Shown one piece after another: positions 11,382 to 23,600 of a DNA stretch of 64,000 nucleotides (positions are counted from its first letter, which is position 1; each line of letters begins with the position of its first letter). Both the position numbers and the translations under genes were made by a program. A model generated the notes under the pieces. It had not been told where the DNA came from and made no database searches. It was given only the letters and a program-made list of their open reading frames with translations. Source of the DNA: Strigamia acuminata (Eukaryota); contig OX442314.1 in NCBI GenBank assembly GCA_949358305.1, positions 33,046,001-33,110,000 on the forward strand, given 5' to 3'.

Positions 11382-11907
11382 TACTGCAATAACAAGTCAA
11401 CCATTATGTTTTCCGAAGAGAACAATCAACACGACCGGACAAAACACATCCTGAGAAAATTTATGTTTGTTCCTGACGAAGTGATGCTTAAGAACATTCG
11501 GATAAACTTTTTACCCACCGAGGAGATGTTGGCCGACCCCTTGACCAAACCACTTTCCGGGAAGAGACTGAAGGCACTGGCCAAGATGTTGAAAATGGAG
11601 CGAAAGAAATGAACATTATTTTAAGCCGTTAGTTTAATTCATTTTTTCTTCATTTTATCGCAAAGTTGTTTGTCAGAATGTCAGTGTAATTTTAACTGGT
11701 TTAAGGGGGGATTTGGGAAGATGATACACAGTTAAAACCACACCACCAGAAAGAAACTGTTATTATTATTGTTATCTGGTTGCTAAGTTAATCAATCGCT
11801 AATGTCGTCTGCTTGATATTCAATTGTAAAATGAATGACAGAATAAAGGCGCTTGGATTATATTTGTATGTTTCAAAAATGCAAGATCCATTTACTACAA
11901 CCTCACA
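11382..11907 (+). mobile_element. Truncated Ty1/Copia remnant (RNase H C-terminus to 11612, PPT, short LTR about 11714-11907)
   Basis: CNNKSTI..QHDRTKHILRKF..MLADPLTKPL closely matches the Copia at 50170-50397; PPT AAGGGGGG; LTR end ATGCAAGATCCA...TCACA resembles that element's LTR. Confidence 0.85.
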
Positions 11908-12526
11908 GAAAGCTTATAACAAATTAAATAAATTATTGAGGAAAAATTACAATCTCCTATCTTTTCGCAGGCCCCGAAGTGATTTTTCCCAATCCAGATG
12001 TTGCTCGCAACAACGGATATTTAGATCAAACAACTGTTGTAAGAATCCATTATTTGGAGTTATATCTCTGTGTCCGTGTTGCTGTCGCGCTCAGAAACAC
12101 GAAAGGAGGCACAAGCTGCTCAAATGGGGTGGTGTATAGTGGCATTGGTTGTACTATCTGTGGACAGAAGATCCAGAATCAGGGGCTGCAACTTCTTCAA
12201 ATGCTGGATGGGAAGATGTAGATTCATGGTAAGCTAGCCCAGCTGAGGACACACCTGGGTGGGGAGTGACTGGCTTCCTACTCACACCACATTGCTAATG
12301 GAGGAGTAGAAAAGAAGAGGATAGGATTAAAAACAACCTTTATAATCTACCGTGTTAACAAGACTGAAGTTTTACAGATAAACAAAGAAGTAGCACTTTT
12401 ACAATAATGACAAGTGATACTTAACAAAGAAATACACAAAATAAAAGTCTAATAAGCTCTTCTATATAAAACCTGAAATTTAAGGTTCGTCTTTTCATTT
12501 TCCAACCACTACCGATAGCGAGAAAG

Positions 12527-12715
12527 ATGTTTTACATCATCGTTGAAGTCTTTTTGGCCATGCTTTTTCTCTGGAAAGCGGCCGACGTCGTCAGGCAAGC
12601 GGCTGACGTCGTGCAGCATGCGGCCGACGTAGTCCAACAAGCAGCGGCCGGCGACGTCGTGCCACCGGCTCTTGCCGCCATCGAACGAAAAAGCATCAGA
12701 AAGAATTTAAACTGA
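12527..12715 (+). CDS. Possible small peptide (62 aa) with hydrophobic N-terminus and AADVVxx heptad repeats
   Basis: TATATAAA 12463, ATG 12527, 21-nt repeats, AATAAA near 12786. Confidence 0.35.
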   Translation: MFYIIVEVFLAMLFLWKAADVVRQAADVVQHAADVVQQAAAGDVVPPALAAIERKSIRKNLN

Positions 12716-13859
12716 GGCAGAGGGAATTAGACCTACAAGAATGTCGTCTGTTGTTAGAAGAGAAGAAACATGAATCTGATAGTAAATAAAGATCTAAATT
12801 GATGGAAATACTCTTTTCAAAATTATCCTAAATTGTCTATATTTTTCAAAGCATGAAAACATCTTATCCTATATTTTATTTATTTTATTTTAAGCGTACA
12901 TCATGTGGTGACCCCAGAGGTCACTGGTGTATTGGTTTTATTTTATTAGTTAGAAAGTGTATTTTTTAGTGCAATAGATATTTTGTTAGAATTATTTCTT
13001 ATGTTTAAAATAGAGAGAATCCATTTATATTTATGACAATGTTGATTGTAATTTTGAATTGATGAGGTGTTAACCTCACAAATGAGTTATTGAGATATCA
13101 GGGTATGTTGTGTTTATACCACATCAAGCTGGGTGGTCGCCCAGCCTGCCATAGACTGTGTTTATTAATGTAAACAGGATATGGCAGCCCCTAGACTGTG
13201 AAACTCGTCCAAGTTCTTCAGTCTGCCTCAAACGTTCAATGGACGTACAACTGTGAAACTTCTTCCTCTGTCTTAGGAAATGAGTTTATGCTACAACATG
13301 GAACCTGCTGACCAAGTTGGAACAAGACAGTCTTGTTCCAGCATCCACTTTTATACCCTTTTTTGGATAAAAAGGGTGATATTCCTGATGTTCCTACAAG
13401 CAGGAGATGCTAATCAAGTCCAAATGTACCTCCAACCAGAAAAGAACCACCTGCTGTGAGTTGAGTTGGCAGAGCCTCGCCCACCTGCGGGAGTGAAGTA
13501 AAAACCAACATCCAACCCTGTGGACCTTGCCAAGGCCGGCGATGGATACCAGAAAACAACAAACAGGGAAGTTATGATTTCTTTTCTTCCTAGTTGCAAT
13601 TCATGTCAGTTCTTTTAAAGCTTACGGTGTGTTTGAAACCAGTGTTAGAACGTAGTACTGAATAATTGTTAGTACAAACTGTAGAAAGTGTTTGAGAGTT
13701 GATAGTAGATAATTTTTAGCACTACTTAAGAAATGTTATTAAATTTGATTGCTTAATAATTAGTTGATATTTAATCAAAAGAATAAATCACTTTGTATTC
13801 ATTCTAATTTTATGTAAATGCAAGGGTTGATTATTTACAAGACACTACATTTTGGAAAT

Positions 13860-13995
13860 CCCTATTCACTCGCTGGGAACCCGATGAATGGCGTACAATC
13901 TTGTTTCCGTCAACTGTAAGCTGAATTTGCATTGCATCTATCTTCTTCCTTGAGAAATATGCAACAGGATCAGCATTTGGATAATCAACAAGTGC
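13860..13995 (-). pseudogene. Possible PIF/Harbinger transposase fragment
   Basis: AYFSRKKIDAMQIQLTVDGN resembles the Y-x-x-RK...Q..VD segment of Harbinger DDE transposases. Confidence 0.4.
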
Positions 13996-14481
13996 AACTC
14001 TTATCCATCGCTGCCTGCTACAACGGATATGATCAGACAAGTTAACTTATGATTCGAATTTTCTTATAAGGTTTTTATTAAAAACATAACTTTTATCTTT
14101 TCAGGCAATCAATTGAATTTGTTATCAACCTGACTTGAATTGTTTGATTTTATTTATCTAGTTATTAAGAATTAGTTTGTATAGAACACAAATCATGTAA
14201 TGATAGCTTTAAGACTAAGTGTATAAATACCAGACAATTGTGCGATGTGTCGAGCAGTCGCAATGTCATGTGGCCCTGCGAGTGATCTGATGCATCACGC
14301 AGAGTTTTGATTTACAAAAACTGTCATGTTTTGAATATATTCGTGTCAGTTCCTTGCTAAGAAAGGGTGTTCCTATATAGTGTTGTGTGGATTGAGATAA
14401 TGAACCTGTAGGTTGAATGTTACTTCCATTTCAATGTTGAATCTCTTAATGATTTAATTTAGATAATGTTTTTATTAGTTT

Positions 14482-14781
14482 GCAGAAAATCCCCGATGGA
14501 TACATGAAGTAGCCCACCAAGTGAATTGGCGCTTTAATGTCTGGTGTGAGATTTACAATGGGCAAATAATTGGTCCTGCGTTCTACAATGGTAACCTGAA
14601 TGGACAACGATACACCGAAGAGTTTGTTGACAATTTGCCATTGGTCAGAAGAGCTGAGATGTGGTACCAACAGGATGGGGCTCCACCCCACTTCTCACGT
14701 CTAGCATGGCAAAAGTTACATGCTATATTTGGAGATCAATGGATTAGTAGAGGGAGACCAGTGTCATACCCACCGATTTAA
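14482..14781 (+). pseudogene. Tc1/mariner transposase DDE-domain fragment
   Basis: NVWC...IIGP.F..GNLNG..Y and WYQQDGAPPH...F..QWI.RG.PV..PP. Confidence 0.8.
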
Positions 14782-16486
14782 ATCACGAACTGAAATCACA
14801 TTTGTAGTGACCCTAGTGGTCAATAGAAAGGGTTAAATTAAAGTTTAGTTTTCCCTTAACAGAAATGCGTCTGTTTACTATTTATTTCATTTGAGTTTAT
14901 TTATTGTGCCAAACAAGGAAGTCTGGCGCAACTGGAAGACATGGGGGCTGTTGCCAGGGCAACCAGCCCATGAGCTTCCTACAATAGGAAGGGATTCAAC
15001 CAAAAAATAATCAGCTAAGATTTAAAATGTTGCTCACGTTTTTCATACAACCAATGTTTAATTACAATTATTTTTAGTTACACAAATTGCAGAAACAACT
15101 GCTCGAAATTAAAGTGTTCATATCATCAGTTTTATCTGTTAATGAGGGCATGGGAATCTTTATCGCCTCCTCCACCTCCAGGCAGGCCCAAGAAAAACCG
15201 AAAAGCAATGGAGACGACATCCAAAGTCGATAAGCCAGACAAGAGACGCTTCACCGAATTTTCAGCAGAAACTTCCTCGAAAAATAGTAATGCTGGCAAA
15301 GTTCAACCCGCTGAACAACATTCTAATGAGGCTAATCGATGGGCTTGACAACAATTTTTACGAAATATGAGCATGTTACATAAAGATTCCATTGGAAACC
15401 CAAAAATTATCAATAGCATTTGTGTTTGAAATTCACTTTTCTAGGAAGTAATTACTCCAGGTGAAAAGAAAAAATGGCAGTGGCACTGATGTACCAGGGG
15501 TATGGGGCCTTGTAGGAGGTTTTTGCTTCATATTTGAATAGCCAAGATCGTTATATCAAAGTCTGAACCAGGAACCAATGACCATTAAGCAGTATATGAT
15601 AAAACGATGTTCGTTTTGAAAGGGGTTTCAGGTCTAAAAATGCTACAACGTGGTTACTTTTGCCCAATTGCCCAATTTGCGCCAGATAAACATTGGGAAA
15701 AAAAAATTGGAAATGGAAGAGCAACTAGTCAAGAGGTAATAAACCTTCTAACAATAACAAGGGTAGAAAACCAAAAGCAGAGGGCCAAGATAGTAAAATA
15801 TAAAAATTATCATTTTACACAAATGACCAAATAACAACTAACCAAACATTGATTATTCTTGGATCTTGATTACAACTATTTTTTCTCAATCTAAAAAATC
15901 AAGAACCACCAACAACACAGCACCTGCACAAATATTTCAGGAATCTTCTGAAGAAAATATTGGATGAAGTAGATGTCAAATTCATGTACAAATATGGTGG
16001 AAAATCATGTAAATTACACAATCATGTAGGATTGCAGGCTTACGATACAAATAAAAGTAAATGCCACAACCTTGTAGGATTGCAGGCTTACAATACAAAT
16101 AAATGTAAATGCCACAATCATGTAGGGTGTGGGCTTGCAATACAAATAAATGTAAATGCCACGTTAGTTGTGCGAGTTATTATTTTTTTTAAATTGAAAA
16201 CAGGACAAATTGCGTGCAGCTGCGTTTGACCAGAGCTCTTTTTTGGTTCCACTGAGACTAGTTCAAGTCGTCAGTTTCTCCAGGGGTGACCACGTAGAGG
16301 TCGAGAGTTGGATTTTACACCCCCTAATTCACTATTTACCATTGACTTTGTTCTAATCGCCAGCAATTCTATTCGCAATCAATGCAGGTATGTAAAAAAA
16401 CTAAATATAAACAAAAACATAAAAACTGACCACTTCCTTGAATATGACGCACGGATGGACTGAAATGTTTAACAAAAAAAAGTTGC

Positions 16487-17170
16487 GAAATTTGAATTAA
16501 ATAGTGAAATAAACCTGACGCAATGCTAAACAAACTTAATTTGAAAAATTACCCATCTGAGTACAAATTTTTCCGAAATAAACCATCATCAGCAACGATG
16601 AAGCACACTCACGAACCGATCGACTGACGTCTTCCTTTGTGAGAAGTACGGGGTTCACAGGCGGAAAAAAACAATGTACAGGGTTCACAGGCGGAAAAAA
16701 ACAATGTACAGGGTTCACAGGCGGAAAAAAACAATGTACAGGGTTCACAGGCGAAAAAAAACGATATACGGTGAAGGTATAACAAATCTTTGGTGTCCTT
16801 TCTCTGATTCCGAGTCAGAGTGTATAACATTTCGGATGATTTAAAAAGAAATTTGAATTAAATAGTGAAATAAACCAGACGCGATGCTAAACAAACTTAC
16901 TTTGAAATATTACGTTGAAAAATTACCCATCTGAGTACAAAATTTTACCAAAATAAACAATGATCAGCAACGATGAAGCACTCACGAACCGATCGACCGA
17001 CGCCTTCCTTTGTGAGAACGAGAAGTACGGGGTTCACAGGCGGAAAAAAACAATGTACGGGGTTCAAAGGCGAAAAAACACGATATACGATGAAGGTAGA
17101 ACAAATCTTTGGTGTCTTTTCTCTGATTCCGAGTTAGAGAGTATAACATTTAGGATGATTTAAAAAGAAA
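16487..17170. repeat. Tandem duplication (period about 361 bp) with internal 30-bp repeats; partial inverted copy at about 52520-52585
   Basis: GAAATTTGAATTAAATAGTGAAATAAACC at 16487 and 16848; GGGTTCACAGGCGGAAAAAAACAATGTAC units. Confidence 0.85.
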
Positions 17171-17574
17171 TATCCTCAGATTTTAGTTTTCCTGAAAATA
17201 TCCCATGATTATTATCAAGAATGAATAAGCCGAAGAGAAAAACAGAATTAATTAAAGTTAACGTAGTGACAGTTGAGACCAGCCGATGGCGCTTTTGTCG
17301 CATTCTTGGGAAATGCCCGGCAATTTTAAATAATTATTAATCGAAAATTTTATTAACACTGTAATAATGCCAGGTTATTGCGAAGTTTGAAAAATACTGC
17401 ATACCGTAGAAATGTTCGCGCATTAACAACGTCATACGGTTTTATCACGTTAACTCGACGCTCACGTCATAACGACGACTCCAAAACGTTTAACAAACGA
17501 ATTATATATAACCAACAACATCTACAAACATTATTATTAAATCATCCCATCTCTAGATTCAATCTCGTATAACA

Positions 17575-18789
17575 ATGGACATTCTACAAAACATCCAGCA
17601 ACAGCAAGTACGTTTATTCGCGTCCATTCCGTGGCTGGATGACCCGGAAATTAACACGATTCTTCCTCGCGAAGAAAACAACTCGATTTTTTCTCCTGGA
17701 TTGGACGAAAATGACTCGATTGTTCCTTCGGAATTACCCGAAGACATTCCCATTGTTTCTCCGATATTAGACGAAAACATTCCCATTGTTTCTCCGGTTT
17801 TGGTTGAAGTCAATACGCTCAAGAGAAAAAGAGAAAACGGCGAAGAAAACATTCTAAATGTTTCTCCAGTATTAGACGAAAACATTCCCATTGTTTCTCC
17901 GGAACTTAACAACGATCCAACGCGAGTGAAGATCGCCGTAGCTTGGCTTTATTGCAATGTCGAGAACTGCGATTACAAGAGCTGCAGACCGTACAACCTG
18001 CACCGTCACCACCGAAAACTGCACATCCCGCCCATCAAACCGGAGACTTGTTGCGACTTGAATTTCCTCACCAAGTTCGACTACTTCGAGCACGTGAAAG
18101 CGCAGCATGGAAACGGATATTTCTGCACCGAAACCGGCTGCGACAAATGGTTCGGCAAAAAAGTCACGCTGGAGCGCCATTTGTTCGTGCACTCGGGAAT
18201 CAAAAACATCCGTTGCGATTCGTGCGACTACAAAACGGCGCACGCGTTTAACATGAAGCGCCATTGCGAGAAGAAGCGTCATGTGTGCCGAAACGAAAAA
18301 GTCATGTGCATCGAAGATGGGCAGGACCAAGTGTCCAGCGACGAAAGTGGTGAAGACACGCAAGTCGTTATTGCTGAAATCAAGAAAGAAATCATTCCGG
18401 ACGAAGTGTCGCCATACGTTTGGTCGGATGTGGCAATTCCAGAACCCGCAACACTCGACGTAGAAGGTCGCAGAGGGAGGGGAAGACCACGGTTGAATGC
18501 CGTCGCGATTACGGATTTCACAAAACCGTTGAAGACGGAGAAAAAGAGTTTTAAAAATGTGTTAAAAAATGTTAAGGTTCCGACACCTCCAAAACCCGCA
18601 ACACGGCGGAGCAACAATCATTTCACGATTCCAAATGTGGTAGAACCGTTGAAAACGGAAGAAGATGAATGGGGGGCGGATGTATTCGATCATCCAGAGT
18701 TTAAAATTGCGTATTTGCGAAGATTAGGGTTAGTGCCAACTGATGAAAGTTCTGACTTTGCGCCTCCATTGGCTCATGGGACATTTTAA
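17575..18789 (+). CDS. Intronless C2H2 zinc-finger protein (about 4 fingers) with AT-hook and N-terminal DENIPIVSP-type repeats
   Basis: CNVENC..HHRKLH, CTETGC..HLFVH with SGIKNIRC linker, CDSC..H; RRGRGRPR AT-hook. Confidence 0.9.
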   Translation: MDILQNIQQQQVRLFASIPWLDDPEINTILPREENNSIFSPGLDENDSIVPSELPEDIPIVSPILDENIPIVSPVLVEVNTLKRKRENGEENILNVSPVLDENIPIVSPELNNDPTRVKIAVAWLYCNVENCDYKSCRPYNLHRHHRKLHIPPIKPETCCDLNFLTKFDYFEHVKAQHGNGYFCTETGCDKWFGKKVTLERHLFVHSGIKNIRCDSCDYKTAHAFNMKRHCEKKRHVCRNEKVMCIEDGQDQVSSDESGEDTQVVIAEIKKEIIPDEVSPYVWSDVAIPEPATLDVEGRRGRGRPRLNAVAITDFTKPLKTEKKSFKNVLKNVKVPTPPKPATRRSNNHFTIPNVVEPLKTEEDEWGADVFDHPEFKIAYLRRLGLVPTDESSDFAPPLAHGTF

Positions 18790-19179
18790 AAGTTTTTCAA
18801 TTAGAGAATTCAATGACGAAAAAAAAATTATAATCAAAAAAAAATTTTTAAAAAAAATGTGAAAAATCCAAAAATAAAAATATATAAAAATATTTCATTT
18901 CCATTTAATCTTAGCACTATCTCACTGTATTCTTCTGATTAAATGCTCTTCACCATCTCAAAACCGCACCGCCATCAAAACCCCACAATCTCGCAGATTA
19001 GATTTTCCATCCACGCATTGAATCTCCTTAACTATACAGGAACACAGATAAACACCGTTTCCACATAAATTAATCTCATCAGGCTTCCATCCAACCAATT
19101 AGACCATCTTGCACACGACCCACATGACGGTGGTCAAGAACCGCGACTGAAAAAGCAATCACTGCACATCAAAATCGAG

Positions 19180-19821
19180 ATGACGATGCAGCCCGCGATG
19201 ATAAATAAAAGGAAATGGCCGGGACTGACAGCGGGCTTGAACACTTACCCGAGCAAAAGACAAAAAACAACGAATTACGAGCCAGCCCCGGTGCTTTTAT
19301 CGGCCGATATGGACAAATGTAAACTCAGTTCGCCCGAACTTGAAGACTTATTGATCGACATACTGCACCGCGATCACGCTTTCCCGGACATTTCTATTTT
19401 ACCTGAAATCGATCTCGCCGGTTTTGCCGACGAGTCGGAATTTGAGGACGGCGGTTCAAGTGGGTCGTCTCCGGCCGATTCGCGGTTGAATTCGGACGTG
19501 CAAAGCGTGTTGTATACGGTTTTCGGACTGAATATGAAGCGGGAAGAGCAGGAGATGGTGATGCCGTTGGACGTGGAGCACCAGGAGAGACTTAAGGTGG
19601 AGAGGAAGCGGGAAAAGAATCGAGTGGCGGCTACGAAGTGTCGTACGAAGAAGCTGGAGACGATTGAGGTTTACGAGAAGAGAGTTGTGGAACTGAAAAC
19701 GATCAACAGGGAGTTGGAAAGCGATTTGTTCGCGTTGAAAGACGCGGTGCGGAGTTTGCAGATTCAGGTGGCGAGGCACGTTAATGCGGGCTGTAAGATG
19801 ATGGTATGTGATATGATATGA
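19180..19821 (+). CDS. Jun: Divergent Jun-family bZIP transcription factor, intronless
   Basis: KLSSPELEDLLI (Jun KLASPELERLII), PLDVEHQERLKVERKREKNRVAATKCR basic region, HVNAGC C-terminus. Confidence 0.9.
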   Translation: MTMQPAMINKRKWPGLTAGLNTYPSKRQKTTNYEPAPVLLSADMDKCKLSSPELEDLLIDILHRDHAFPDISILPEIDLAGFADESEFEDGGSSGSSPADSRLNSDVQSVLYTVFGLNMKREEQEMVMPLDVEHQERLKVERKREKNRVAATKCRTKKLETIEVYEKRVVELKTINRELESDLFALKDAVRSLQIQVARHVNAGCKMMVCDMI

Positions 19822-20074
19822 TTTGATTGGATTTTGATTTCGTGTTTTATATATCTATAATTGTGTATTTATTTTTTAAAGAAAGAAGCAAAAAGTCAAT
19901 AAATTTATGCTTTTCTTTTTCAATCTATAGTTTTACTGATTTTATTCGATAACGAGAAGTGATACCCTTTGACCCGTGAGTTCTTTGACCTTTTGAACCT
20001 TATTGACCATCATTAAGGCTTGTGGTGAGCTATGATTGGCAGTTCAATTAGTTAATCAACGCACTTCTAGCAGA

Positions 20075-20380
20075 GTTTAGACACTAACAAATACAATTTT
20101 TACATTTTTGACAAAAAATGGACTTTTTAGACGAAAATAGACGTTTTAGACAAAAAATTGAGATTGTAGACAAAAAATTGACATTTTAAAAAAGAACATA
20201 AACATTTTAGACAAGAAAATAAACATTTTAAACAAAAAAATAAACATTTTAGACAAAAAATGTACTTTTCAGACCAAAAAATAGACTTTTTAGAGAAAAA
20301 ATGGACATTTTTAGGCAAAAAAAAAAAATGGATAATTTGAGCAAAATTAGACATTTCAGACAAAATTTAGACATTTTAGA
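20075..20380. repeat. Degenerate AT-rich minisatellite, about 21-bp unit
   Basis: Recurrent ACATTTTAGACAAAAAA. Confidence 0.7.
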
Positions 20381-20626
20381 CCACCGTGTCTTGAATTAGT
20401 GTGCAATAAAATTCCAATTAAAATTAAGAGCAATTACCGTTACACACAACGAGTAAGCTATTGCAACACAGTTATTCACTCCAGTAAAAAGTTTACTTCC
20501 ATTTTTATTACAGCTAAATTATACAAGAACAAGTGTGCAGTAATCGTTTTATTCTCGCCGTACTGTTCGGTGCGCGGGGAATGAATATCCAAAAACAAAA
20601 ACCTAGACTAATCGTCGCCGACATTT

Positions 20627-23600
20627 TCATTTGCAAATCAAACTCGTCAAAGGCGAGAGAAAATAAACCAGCAACACGATAATCACAATGAGAACGATGA
20701 CCAAAGCACTGCCCAAAAGCGTCGCCAAAATACTCAATCCTCCCGCCGCGTCTTCGTCGTCCGCGACCGTCCCGTTCTCAAACCTCGCGTTGCCCACGTA
20801 ATCCCTCTTCATCTACACAAAAACAATTGCAGAAAAACACAAACCAAAACCACACATCCAACTTACTCTACACTTGCCGCTTTGGCACACGCCTTGCGCG
20901 AAATTGCAGCTCACTCCGTCCGGTTGCCACAATCGGATCCGGCCTCTGCTTTTCGTGCGCAGTCTCGCGGCCGGCACGCACACTCCATTGTTTATGCAGC
21001 AGATGTTGCAGCCGTATCTCCAGCCCACACACAAGCATTCTTGCAGTTGAAACTGAGAGCAAGTTTTGTCGTTGCATTTACCGCGGATACACACTCCCAG
21101 TCCGTTATTGCACACGGATCCGTCCGCTTTGGATATCGGAGCGGGACAAAGCGAATCGACACCGTTGCAGTACGAGTTCTTCATGCACTCGTTGTCGGAA
21201 CACAACTACGAAAACCCTATTGATGACAAATGGCTGCAATGCAAACACTTAAAACGGTGGTTAGCAGCGAATGACCTCATATTGGTTCCGTGTTCGGCAA
21301 GAAAATCGGTTTGTTTTGGTGGTAAAAGGTGAAGCCGACGCACAGGGGCCAATGTGGGTGATTTCTATTTTCTAACCAACTGTTTTTAATGTGCTTTGCA
21401 TGTGATGTGGTCACTCACATAACAAATATCTCAGAATGTCAGTGCATCTGAAAATCCATGTGTTATGTGAGCAGGTAGTGGAAGAATGAACAACTTTGAA
21501 ACACTGACTGCAAATGGCGTGTTTTTTTTAATGCGCACCAACGCAGTATCGGTGAACTGAATTTTTACCCCGCGCTTTATTAGGGGCCCGCTCATTAATT
21601 GTTACGGTTGGTATATGGGAAAACTCAATTATTCAAATTTTGCAATAAAAAATTAAAATTTTACCAAATTTGCCATTAAAAAATTAAAATTTCACTAAAT
21701 TTTCATTAAAAAATTAAAATTTAACTAAACTTTCATTAAAAAATTAAAATTTCACTAAATATTCCATTAAAAAATTAAAATTTCACTAAATATTCCACTA
21801 AAAAATTAAAATTTTACCAAATTTGCCATTAAAAAATTAAAATTTCACTAAATTTTCATTAAAAAATTAAAATTTAACTAAACTTTCATTAAAAAATTAA
21901 AATTTCACTAAATATTCCATTAAAAAATTAAAATTTCACTAAATATTCCACTAAAAAATTAAAATTTTACCAAATTTGCCATTAAAAAATTAAAATTTCA
22001 CTAAATTTTCATTAAAAAATTAAAATTTAACCAAACTTTCATTAAAAAATTAAAATTTCACTAAATATTCCATTAAAAAATTAAAATTTCACTAAATATT
22101 CCACTAAAAAATTAAAATTTTACCAAATTTGCCATTAAAAAATTAAAATTTCACTAAATTTTCATTAAAAAATTAAAATTTAACTAAACTTTCATTAAAA
22201 AATTAAAATTTCACTAAATATTCCATTAAAAAATTAAAATTTCACTAAATATTCCACTAAAAAATTAAAATTTTACCAAATTTGCCATTAAAAAATTAAA
22301 ATTTCACTAAATTTTCATTAAAAAATTAAAATTTAACTAAACTTTCATTAAAAAATTAAAATTTCACTAAATATTCCATTAAAAAATTAAAATTTTACCA
22401 AATTTGCCATTAAAAAATTAAAATTTCACTAAATTTTCATTAAAAAATTAAAATTTAACTAAACTTTCATTAAAAAATTAAAATTTCACTAAATATTCCA
22501 TTAAAAAATTAAAATTTCACTAAATATTCCACTAAAAAATTAAAATTTTACCAAATTTGCCATTAAAAAATTAAAATTTCACTAAATTTTCATTAAAAAA
22601 TTAAAATTTAACCAAACTTTCATTAAAAAATTAAAATTTCACTAAATATTCCATTAAAAAATTAAAATTTCACTAAATATTCCACTAAAAAATTAAAATT
22701 TTACCAAATTTGCCATTAAAAAATTAAAATTTCACTAAATTTTCATTAAAAAATTAAAATTTAACTAAACTTTCATTAAAAAATTAAAATTTCACTAAAT
22801 ATTCCATTAAAAAATTAAAATTTCACTAAATATTCCACTAAAAAATTAAAATTTTACCAAATTTGCCATTAAAAAATTAAAATTTCACTAAATTTTCATT
22901 AAAAAATTAAAATTTAACTAAACTTTCATTAAAAAATTAAAATTTCACTAAATATTCCATTAAAAAATTAAAATTTCACTAAATATTCCACTAAAAAATT
23001 AAAATTTTACCAAATTTGCCATTAAAAAATTAAAATTTCACTAATTTTTCATTAAAAAATTCAAATTTAACTAAATTTTCATTAAAAAATTCAAATTCCA
23101 TTAAATGTTCCATTAAAAAAAATCAAAAATTACTAATAGTTCCATTAAAAAAATTGTCCAATTTCATTTCATCACTTTTCCCATCCCACGGTGCATTGAA
23201 ACACTTTTATCATTTCTGCCATTACTCTATTTTAAATTTTCCCGCGCTTTATTAGAAACCTAATGGGGGTTCGTGCACAATAAGAAGAAACAATAATCTT
23301 TTTCCCTTCTCTTAATTATTCCTCAAACGAACTAAACCAAAAGACAAACGCACAAAACATCATTGCAGATTCTTCCACCGCCATCCTCGACACAATATCT
23401 CACCATCTTATCAGCAGCCGCGACCAAAGTACAGTCCTGCGTACAACACGGTCCATTCCTCGGCGAACACTGCGCACTATTGATCAAATGACATTCCTGT
23501 TGATTACCCAAACCTCCTTTGGGGACGCAGCACAAGTCCGTTTCAATACACTGCGACTTATAACCGCAATCACACTGCTCTCCCTTCTCACGAATAGCTA

